This document shows positions 1-6,546 of a stretch of DNA of 35,907 nt, in pieces. The position numbers were made by a program, and so were the translations under genes. Numbering within the stretch: the first letter of the stretch is position 1; each line of letters starts with the position of its first letter. Origin of the DNA: Planctomycetota bacterium (GTDB lineage Bacteria; Planctomycetota; UBA1135); contig JASFYO010000031.1 of the NCBI GenBank assembly GCA_045047305.1, positions 1 to 35,907 on the forward strand, read 5' to 3'. A model generated the notes under the pieces. It was not told the origin of the DNA. It made no database searches and saw nothing but the letters and a program-made list of their open reading frames with translations.

Positions 1-37
1 GCTCGAATCCTTCCTCTGCGAATGTCGTCTGGCGCAT
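1..37 (-). CDS. IS5-family transposase, N-terminal fragment (MRQTTFAEEGFE...)
   Basis: Manual translation from ATG at 37 (not in the ORF track). It resembles the M-x-Q-x-T/S-F/L-A-x-x-x-F start of IS5-subgroup transposases. TAGAAT lies 6 nt upstream. Only 12 codons are visible. Confidence 0.65.
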   Translation of the reverse strand, partial: MRQTTFAEEGFE

Positions 38-98
38 GAAGAAATTCTACGGCCACCAGACATTAAATGGAATTCGGAAGGGCTAAATCAGAGTTTCC
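1..98 (-). mobile_element. Left end of an IS5-family insertion sequence (continues off the window to the left)
   Basis: The minus strand reads GGAAACTCTGATTTAG from 98, resembling IS5-subgroup terminal inverted repeats, and is flanked by a TTA/TTAG-type target. An internal ORF with an IS5-like N-terminus starts at 37. The partner IR is not in the window. Confidence 0.7.
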
Positions 99-153
99 TA
101 AGGCTTTTTCAGCCGGATAAGGGAATTCTTAGCCCCGAAAACCAATTCTGAGG

Positions 154-159
154 TATCCT
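154..159 (+). promoter_or_regulatory. Putative sigma70-type -10 box (TATCCT) for the PEP-CTERM/exosortase cassette
   Basis: GGTATCCTC matches GGTATACTC at 1929-1937 and GGTATCCTC at 17508-17516, both upstream of other surface-glycan genes. Confidence 0.4.
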
Positions 160-206
160 CTGGGCGTGGAGCTATTTCCACCTCCCCTACATCCCCGGAG
201 AATCCA

Positions 207-419
207 TTGAAGAACATCATTGCATTGGTATTGCTTGCAGCATTCGCAGTCAGCCCTCTTGCCGCCCAACACGCCACAGCAGGCGCTGGTAAAGCTGGTG
301 CCCGCCAGAATAACAGTGTGCCTATGAGCTCCCCTGAGCCAATCACCATGATTGCTCTGGCTGGAGGCGCTGCTGCTGCAGGTGCTTTTGCTGGCCGTCG
401 TCGTAAAAAGCAGAATTAG
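207..419 (+). CDS. Very small PEP-CTERM sorting-signal protein (70 aa)
   Basis: TTG start with GGAG at 197-200. Signal peptide MKNIIALVLLAAFAVSPLAA. C-terminal SPEP + hydrophobic/Gly-Ala helix + RRRKK tail. Lies 9 nt upstream of an exosortase gene. Confidence 0.85.
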   Translation: MKNIIALVLLAAFAVSPLAAQHATAGAGKAGARQNNSVPMSSPEPITMIALAGGAAAAGAFAGRRRKKQN

Positions 420-428
420 AACGTTCCT

Positions 429-1262
429 TTGCTTCCCTCCTATGCGGTACGGTCGTGGAAGGCTGTATTAGTTCTCGCAGTATTCAGCAGCATTCTTCTT
501 GAGTGGGCTGAATACACAGGAAGCGTATCCCGTATTAATTATTGCCTGCTTGTCCCTGTCCTTGCCGCCGTTTTGGCATGGTCGGTGATTCGTGACTGGT
601 CCCCCCTTGCCCCCTCAGACCTAACAGGAGTGCAATGGGGCTACTGCTGCCTTGGCTTCAGCGGAATCATGCTTACCATTGGGAGCTTAGCTTCTATCTT
701 CACCATTTCCATTGCTGGATTCCCCATTGCAGTGCTTGGTTTAGTTGGCATTTTTTGGGGAAAAGAAGGCATTTTCCGACTGCGTTATGCCCTCTTGATG
801 TTCTTCGCCATGGTTCCAGTGCCATTACCGCTACTGGACCGCCTCACCCCAGGCATGGTCCGCGCCACTGGCGCTGCTGCCGTCGCCATGGTGAGCCCCT
901 TTGACCCCGAGGCGACTTGGATTGGAGCCGACCTCACCTACCGCGGCTGGACTCTATTTGTCGCCGAGGCCTGCAGTGGATCTGGAACCTTGCTGGTCCT
1001 TGGCACCTTAACCCTGTTTATGGCAGGCCTGTTCCGCATGTCGACCAAGGCCATCATCATCACCTTGATTTTGGTGGCTCCGATTACCATTTTCATCAAT
1101 GGTTTGCGCATCGCCGTCATGGCGTGGGTTCTAGATGGATTTGGCCCTGCCGCCGTCACCGGCGCTGGGCATGAAATCGTTGGGCAATTAGTGGTGATTG
1201 CTGGTGCAGCAAGTTTGGCATTAGTCATCGATAAGGTCAGTAGCCGAAGGGGGCCAAAATGA
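429..1262 (+). CDS. Exosortase (EpsH/archaeosortase family transmembrane transpeptidase)
   Basis: Multi-pass membrane protein with the catalytic triad motifs VAEACSG (Cys), NGLRI (Arg) and GHEIVG (His). Confidence 0.9.
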   Translation: MLPSYAVRSWKAVLVLAVFSSILLEWAEYTGSVSRINYCLLVPVLAAVLAWSVIRDWSPLAPSDLTGVQWGYCCLGFSGIMLTIGSLASIFTISIAGFPIAVLGLVGIFWGKEGIFRLRYALLMFFAMVPVPLPLLDRLTPGMVRATGAAAVAMVSPFDPEATWIGADLTYRGWTLFVAEACSGSGTLLVLGTLTLFMAGLFRMSTKAIIITLILVAPITIFINGLRIAVMAWVLDGFGPAAVTGAGHEIVGQLVVIAGAASLALVIDKVSSRRGPK

Positions 1263-1885
1263 AAGGCTTCGCGTTATTTCCAGCCCTTGCATGGTTTTTG
1301 ATTTTATTCGGAGGAGGGATTTCTCTCCTCTGCAATTCGGGCTGGATAAACCCATCCATCACCCCGGATCTTGCCTTGCTCGAAACCCAAATCGGCCCCT
1401 TTGCCCGCGATTTCGAAATTGAAGTCGACCCAGAGTTGCTTGGTGATTTACCGCCCGAGCGCTTCACTTTTCAAAATATCATTGGCCCAAATGGCCAATA
1501 TGGAAGGCTTTACATCGCTTATTACAGCCGTGGACGACGCTGGAGTGGGCGCCCACATGATCTCCAAGTTTGCTACCGCGCGATGGGCTATACAGAGCTG
1601 GAGGTCGACTCCTTAAAAACCGAATCTGGAGCAGTTTTGTGGTCGCGAATCTTCCAACGCGGAAACCAAACGGTGAAAGTGATTCATTGGCTGCAAAAGC
1701 CAGGGCGGTTGCCTAAAGAGGAAGGGGTTAGCGACCATCTTCAACGCATTCTTACCAAGAATGGGCTTCGACAGGATGTAGCATCCATTTATTTCGAATT
1801 CGACCTCGCCGATGCCCCTTCAGACGAGGCCTTTATCGCAGCTTCCGACGACCTGATTTCTCAGGTTGAAGCACTCTGGGAATAG
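1259..1885 (+). CDS. Exosortase-associated EpsI-family protein
   Basis: ATGA overlap with the exosortase stop. N-terminal TM helix. LYIAYY...PHDLQVCYRAMGY matches the EpsI H-x-P-x-x-C-Y-x-x-x-G-W/Y pattern. Confidence 0.8.
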   Translation: MKGFALFPALAWFLILFGGGISLLCNSGWINPSITPDLALLETQIGPFARDFEIEVDPELLGDLPPERFTFQNIIGPNGQYGRLYIAYYSRGRRWSGRPHDLQVCYRAMGYTELEVDSLKTESGAVLWSRIFQRGNQTVKVIHWLQKPGRLPKEEGVSDHLQRILTKNGLRQDVASIYFEFDLADAPSDEAFIAASDDLISQVEALWE

Positions 1886-1930
1886 CCCTTTCACTGGCTT
1901 ATTTTCCCGGCGGCTTTCAGGATTCCTGGG

Positions 1931-1936
1931 TATACT
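1931..1936 (+). promoter_or_regulatory. Putative -10 box (TATACT) for the sugar transferase gene
   Basis: 5/6 match to TATAAT inside the 201-bp intergenic region. Confidence 0.45.
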
Positions 1937-1953
1937 CATAGGAGTTTCGTTTT

Positions 1954-2020
1954 CATCCCCGACGAAGCAAAATCATCCCAAAATCAGGCCTAACATCCCC
2001 ATGGCCCCCCAGACATCCCC
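1954..2020 (+). repeat. Four CATCCC motifs at exact 20-bp period
   Basis: CATCCCC at 1954, CATCCCA at 1974, CATCCCC at 1994 and CATCCCC at 2014, with unrelated spacers. Confidence 0.8.
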
Positions 2021-2086
2021 ACGTTCGCATACGCGTGCCCTGGCTCCGTCCAGCCTCGCAGCAACCAGCCCCAGCGGTTACGGAAT

Positions 2087-3157
2087 ATGAATACATTCCG
2101 CAATAAGCCGTTGCCACCGTTGGGCAATCTCATCCGCAGTGAGCGTTATCGCCAGCCGCTCGAGGCACCTGCATTTTTCCGCACCTTGGCCCGCGAGAAA
2201 GGCCGCGCGGACCGCACCGGCGAGGTCCTCACCCTGATCGTGCTCGGCATGACGGACTCTTTTGAAGAAGATCGGGAGCAGATGCTCGATTTCCTACAAA
2301 AGCGCCTACGCCTTACAGATGAGCTTGGGTGGATGGATGAAGACCACCTTTCCATCCTACTTCCGGCGACCACGGGCTATGAAGCACGCATTGTGGCGGG
2401 CTCGATCGGCAAGGCCATGGGGAAAGCTCGCGAGCGCTTTTCCTGCATCGTATATTCGGATACCGAAGGCTCTGCCGACGACTGTGAATCCGAAATCAAA
2501 GATGGGGAGATCTGGGATGGCCAGATTGAACCTCTCGCACCATTGTTCATGGTGCCCATGCCAATAGGCAAACGCGCGCTCGACATCGTGGGTGCTGGCC
2601 TGCTGTTCCTGCTAGCACTCCCAGTGATGGCGTTAACCGCCCTCGCTATCCGTTTGGAGTCCAAAGGCCCCATCATTTTCCGCCAGACACGGGTAGGACA
2701 CGGTGGCCGTGGCTTCACCCTGCTGAAGTTTCGCTCCATGGTGGTGGATGCGGAAGAACTTCAGGAGAAACTGGCAAAAGACAATCTGCGCGATGGCCCA
2801 GCTTTCAAGCTTGCCAACGACCCTCGCATCACTCGCGTAGGCCGCTTCATCCGCTCCTCAGGGGTAGACGAATTGCCACAGCTACTCAACGTCCTACGCG
2901 GAGAAATGACCTTAGTTGGCCCGCGTCCGCCAATCCCACACGAAGTACACAGTTACGAGGCCTGGCAGAAGGCTCGTTTGCACGTCGTCGGTGGTCTCAC
3001 TTGCATCTGGCAGGTGGACGGTCGTCTGGAAAACGTAAGCTTTCGCGACTGGATGCGGATGGACATTCGCTACGGCTCTCAGTTTTCGCCAGCTCGTGAT
3101 GTCGGCTTGATTGCAAAAACTGCTTGGGTTGTGCTCTTCTCACGCGGCGACCACTAG
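2087..3157 (+). CDS. Priming polyprenyl glycosylphosphotransferase (bacterial sugar transferase, WcaJ/CpsE-like) with N-terminal degenerate GGDEF-like domain
   Basis: C-terminal motifs KRALDI, KFRSM, DPRITRVGRFIR, DELPQLLNVLRGEMTLVGPRP. N-terminus follows the GGDEF fold pattern (E..RA.R...L.LI; RLTD; DEDHL.ILLP.T). Confidence 0.9.
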   Translation: MNTFRNKPLPPLGNLIRSERYRQPLEAPAFFRTLAREKGRADRTGEVLTLIVLGMTDSFEEDREQMLDFLQKRLRLTDELGWMDEDHLSILLPATTGYEARIVAGSIGKAMGKARERFSCIVYSDTEGSADDCESEIKDGEIWDGQIEPLAPLFMVPMPIGKRALDIVGAGLLFLLALPVMALTALAIRLESKGPIIFRQTRVGHGGRGFTLLKFRSMVVDAEELQEKLAKDNLRDGPAFKLANDPRITRVGRFIRSSGVDELPQLLNVLRGEMTLVGPRPPIPHEVHSYEAWQKARLHVVGGLTCIWQVDGRLENVSFRDWMRMDIRYGSQFSPARDVGLIAKTAWVVLFSRGDH

Positions 3158-3180
3158 CAACGACCTGCTAAACTTGCGTC

Positions 3181-4353
3181 ATGGATCTTCCCCTGGAGGC
3201 CCTTGAGCAACGTGCAGGCCGTAGCGGTCTTGCCGGAATCCCCACTCGCGTCCTCAATGGCGAGCGGCTAAGCGATGCCGACTGCTTGGCGATGTACCGC
3301 AGTGACGATGTCTCGTTGCTCGGCACCTTAGCCAACCACGTGAAAGTGAAAATGCACGGCGATGTGGCGTTTTACAACGTCAACATTCACGTCAACTACA
3401 CCAATTACTGCAACCAGTTTTGCGGTTTTTGCGCATTCCAAAGGCGTCCTGGTGATGATGGCGCTTATTGCATGACACCGGAGCAGGTTTACGAAGAGCT
3501 GAAAAATGCGAATCCAGAAGCCACCGAGGTACACATGGTTGCTGGCGTGTGGCCTGCGCTGAAGTACGACTACTTCCTTGAGATCTTGCGCGCTGCCAAA
3601 TCCGCGCGCCCAGATATTCACGTCAAGGCTTTCACCATGGTGGAAATCGACGAAATCGTGAATCTCGCGAAAAAGCCACTTCCGGATGTGCTCGATGAAC
3701 TGCGCGAGGCCGGTTTAGATTCGATGCCAGGCGGTGGAGCAGAAGTGTTCTCCGAACGCGTCCGCCAGCAGTTGTATCCGCGCAAAATGAGCGCCGAGCG
3801 TTGGTTAGAGCTAGCTCGTGGCATTCACGAGTACGGCTTCAAAACCAACTGCACCTTGATGTACGGCATGACCGAAACTCTGGAAGAGCGCGTCGACCAT
3901 TTAAGTCGTTTGCGCTCCCTGCAAGACGATACCGGCGGATTTCAAACCTTCATTCCGCTGGCTTTTCACCCGGATAATACGCCGCTGCTCTCGCACATTG
4001 CCAAGCCGAGCCCAGCAGAACGCTTACGCTCCATTGCAATTGGGCGCTTGTACCTGGACAACGTTCCGCAGATAAAGGCCTATTGGATTATGCTCGGTTT
4101 GGCGACTGCGCAAGCTGCTCTGTCGATGGGAGCCAATGATCTCGACGGCACCGTCAGCCAGGAAAAGGTTTATCACAATGCGGGCGCCGACACCCCGGAA
4201 GTGCTTTCGCGCAGCGATATTCACCGCTTGATTCGCGAAACCGGTCATGTTCCAGTCGAGCGTAACACCTTGTACCAAGTGATCCGCGACTTCCGTGACG
4301 GCGACCCAGACTTCGGTTTGGCGGCAAATCAAAACGCTCCGGTTTCGGTTTAG
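3181..4353 (+). CDS. mqnE: Aminofutalosine synthase (radical SAM, futalosine menaquinone pathway)
   Basis: CNQFCGFC radical-SAM motif, MPGGGAE, FQTFIPLAFHP, IKAYW and GANDLDGT; adjacent to mqnA. Confidence 0.85.
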   Translation: MDLPLEALEQRAGRSGLAGIPTRVLNGERLSDADCLAMYRSDDVSLLGTLANHVKVKMHGDVAFYNVNIHVNYTNYCNQFCGFCAFQRRPGDDGAYCMTPEQVYEELKNANPEATEVHMVAGVWPALKYDYFLEILRAAKSARPDIHVKAFTMVEIDEIVNLAKKPLPDVLDELREAGLDSMPGGGAEVFSERVRQQLYPRKMSAERWLELARGIHEYGFKTNCTLMYGMTETLEERVDHLSRLRSLQDDTGGFQTFIPLAFHPDNTPLLSHIAKPSPAERLRSIAIGRLYLDNVPQIKAYWIMLGLATAQAALSMGANDLDGTVSQEKVYHNAGADTPEVLSRSDIHRLIRETGHVPVERNTLYQVIRDFRDGDPDFGLAANQNAPVSV

Positions 4354-4359
4354 TTTCCG

Positions 4360-5145
4360 GTGTCCAAGTCAACTGAGATTCGCTGGCGGGTCGGCACGGT
4401 GCCGTATTTGGTTGCTCGACCACTGACCTTTGGCTTGAGCGAAGATCCACGGATCGAACTCATAGAAGCGCCGCCATCGGACCTGTCTGCCATGCTGCAC
4501 CGAGGAGATTTGGACTTGGCCCTCGCATCTTCCGTGTTGGCCTTAGACACACCGCCTTTAAGCATGTGGATGGAAGGCCCCGTCATAGCCAGCGATGGAC
4601 CGATTCATTCCGTATTGCTCTTTCTCGCGCCTGGCGTGGAAAAGCCCGAGGCCATCCGACGCTGGTTCGCAGATCCTTTTTCTCGCACAGGCCGCCGCCT
4701 TACGCAGTGGCTGATGCACCACGCATGGAAGAATGCCGAGGCCGAGTTGCTGGAAGTACCGCAGGATATGGATGCTTTTGAAGCTGCTATAGAATTGGGG
4801 GTGGATGCGGTTCAATTAATTGGAGATCCGGCGCTCTTGGCTGTACCGGCAAACCCCGACTGGACCATTATCGATCTGGGCAGCGCGTGGAAAGCAACGG
4901 CGAAAAAACCCTTCGTTTTTGCTGGTTGGATGATGCGCGATGGATTTGAATTGGGCAAGCTCGCCGAGGTTTTAGAAAATGCTGCGGAAAATGGATTGGG
5001 CAAGCGCCAGGAGTTTGCGCGGGAGTCTGCTGCAGGAGATGACGTCCGGCAGGCCTTCCTGACACGTTATTTATGCGAAGACTTGCGCTACCGCCTGAGT
5101 GCAAACGAGGTCCGCGATTGTTTAGCCGAATTTCGTGTGTCGTGA
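4360..5145 (+). CDS. mqnA: Chorismate dehydratase (futalosine pathway)
   Basis: VPYL..RPL, IASDGP..SVLL, SRT, LIGDPAL and DLG.AW.....PFVFA.W motifs; follows mqnE. Confidence 0.8.
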   Translation: MSKSTEIRWRVGTVPYLVARPLTFGLSEDPRIELIEAPPSDLSAMLHRGDLDLALASSVLALDTPPLSMWMEGPVIASDGPIHSVLLFLAPGVEKPEAIRRWFADPFSRTGRRLTQWLMHHAWKNAEAELLEVPQDMDAFEAAIELGVDAVQLIGDPALLAVPANPDWTIIDLGSAWKATAKKPFVFAGWMMRDGFELGKLAEVLENAAENGLGKRQEFARESAAGDDVRQAFLTRYLCEDLRYRLSANEVRDCLAEFRVS

Positions 5146-5152
5146 AGGTCGC

Positions 5153-5170
5153 CATCCCGTCTTCGGGATG
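5153..5170. other. Perfect hairpin CATCCCG-TCTT-CGGGATG just after the mqnA stop
   Basis: 7-bp perfect stem with no clear U-tract; could be a terminator or part of a structured RNA. Confidence 0.55.
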
Positions 5171-5295
5171 TGTTCACCCACCTGACTCCCCTTCCTGTCG
5201 TCCGTGATGCCCCAGAAGGCCATCCACGAGGTCGGGCTTATCATGGTTGGCGCGCACGCCGCAGCCCTGGATTTCGTCGTAAAAGCTCCAGGCCT

Positions 5296-5943
5296 ATGAG
5301 CCAACTCCTACCTGTCTTCCCTTTACCAAACCTGATCCTTTACCCAGGGTCCCTGGTTCCACTTCACCTATTCGAGCCCCGCTATTTGCAGTTGATGGAA
5401 GATCTACTGGCTAAAGAGCAAACGGAATTGATTGCTGGCACTTTTCTCCCTGGCTGGGAAGAGGAATACTTTGAAAGCCCGGCACTCTTTCCAGTTGCTG
5501 GCCTCGGCAAAGTCCAGCAAGTCAAAAAAGATGCCGCTGGAAACTTCAACTTAGTTTTGCTCGGGATGCAACGGGTTCGCATGGTGTCAGAACCAAAACG
5601 GGATCCATCGAAAATGCCCTACCGGCAAGTCTTGGCCGAAAAGCTAGAGGAAACTGAAATCGCTAGCGCCGATGCTGTCGAAGAGGCGGATGGCCTCATT
5701 TTGGCACTACAGGAAATCTCGGGCGGCGTTGCTGATCACGCAATCGGCAAGAGCATCAATTACCTCGCGGATGTCCTCCTGGTCCAGTTGCCCCTCAGCA
5801 TGCAAGAAAAGCTCGACCTCTTTGCCATCGTGGATGCGCGCGATCGAGCCAAGGCAGTGGTCCAAGCATGGTCCAGAATACAGAGTCGAGGCACCCCACC
5901 GCCGGCAACACCGGGGCCAGATTTTTACCCGGACAGCAATTAG
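5296..5943 (+). CDS. Stand-alone LON peptidase substrate-binding (Lon-N) domain protein
   Basis: LPVFPLPN..LYPG...PLHLFEPRY..LM signature. Start moved to ATG 5296 because the upstream extension in the ORF track does not look protein-like. Confidence 0.85.
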   Translation: MSQLLPVFPLPNLILYPGSLVPLHLFEPRYLQLMEDLLAKEQTELIAGTFLPGWEEEYFESPALFPVAGLGKVQQVKKDAAGNFNLVLLGMQRVRMVSEPKRDPSKMPYRQVLAEKLEETEIASADAVEEADGLILALQEISGGVADHAIGKSINYLADVLLVQLPLSMQEKLDLFAIVDARDRAKAVVQAWSRIQSRGTPPPATPGPDFYPDSN

Positions 5944-5979
5944 AAGGCTCCGGTTTAGAGTCGAGGTTAAAATCTGTCG

Positions 5980-6534
5980 GTGGAGCTCCTCCTCGTTCAC
6001 CCTCAAATCCCGCACAACACTGGTTGCGCGGCGCGCCTTGCCGCGGCGACCGGTCTGCGTTTGCATCTGGTGGAGCCTCTTGGCTTCTCGCTCGAAGATC
6101 GCTACCTCAAGCGTGCCGGCTTGGACTATTGGCCGATGGTTGATTTGATGGTGCACAAGAATTGGGAGCAAGCGGCCAAGTTTTTGCAGCAAGATCACCT
6201 GCGTCCTCTTGCCGATCGTTTGCGCTTGTTCTCTGCCCGAGGCGGAGAAACCCTCTTTCAGGCAAACTTTGAACAGGACGACATCCTGGTCTTCGGCTCT
6301 GAAGGGCAAGGATTGCCGGCCGACTTACTCGCCCAGTATCCAAACAACCGAGTTTATATCCCTATTCGGGAAGGGGTACGCAGCTTGAACCTCGCGAATG
6401 TCGTTTGTCTTGGTGCCTACACCGCAATGAACCAAGCGGGTGTTCCTCTACCGGAGAACGCCGGTGGACATGTGCGCCATGAGGCTGCCGACAACTATCC
6501 GCAGCCAGCCGACATCGCAAAACGCTCGGACTAA
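5980..6534 (+). CDS. trmL: tRNA (cytidine/uridine34-2'-O)-methyltransferase, SPOUT family
   Basis: PQIPHNTG, LHLVEPLGFSL, LKRAGLDYW, LVFGSE..GLP and VRSLNLAN motifs. Confidence 0.92.
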   Translation: MELLLVHPQIPHNTGCAARLAAATGLRLHLVEPLGFSLEDRYLKRAGLDYWPMVDLMVHKNWEQAAKFLQQDHLRPLADRLRLFSARGGETLFQANFEQDDILVFGSEGQGLPADLLAQYPNNRVYIPIREGVRSLNLANVVCLGAYTAMNQAGVPLPENAGGHVRHEAADNYPQPADIAKRSD

Positions 6535-6546
6535 TTACGCGGCTCT

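Noticed and set aside
2..151. Open plus-strand frame at the window start (LESFLCECR...)
   Set aside because: No recognisable motif, and it crosses the IS end; the minus-strand IS5 interpretation explains the region better.
99..206. Sigma-54 promoter of the kind often found before PEP-CTERM genes
   Set aside because: No convincing TGGCAC-N5-TTGC element is present.
1954..2020. CRISPR or mini-array interpretation of the periodic CATCCC motif
   Set aside because: Repeats are only 6-7 nt with 13-14-nt spacers and no cas genes are nearby.
1866..2090. 74-aa ORF spanning the epsI-sugar transferase gap
   Set aside because: Weak TTG start inside epsI and low-complexity content; the region is better explained as promoter plus leader. 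A leader peptide cannot be fully excluded.
4336..4360. GCTCCGGTTT(CGGTTT)AG, similar to a sequence near 5948-5959
   Set aside because: Short, only two copies and partly coding; could easily be chance.
5146..5295. SRP RNA, 6S RNA, tRNA, SAM-I or c-di-GMP riboswitch
   Set aside because: Diagnostic motifs were not found by eye on either strand; kept only as an unassigned structured region.
5170..5295. N-terminal extensions given by the ORF track (also for 7896, 12173, 12252, 17483, 18481, 30708 and 35287)
   Set aside because: Domain boundaries, signal peptides, ATGA-type coupling and -10 spacing favour the downstream starts.
5707..6309. 200-aa minus-strand ORF
   Set aside because: It overlaps the well-supported Lon-N and trmL genes on the opposite strand.
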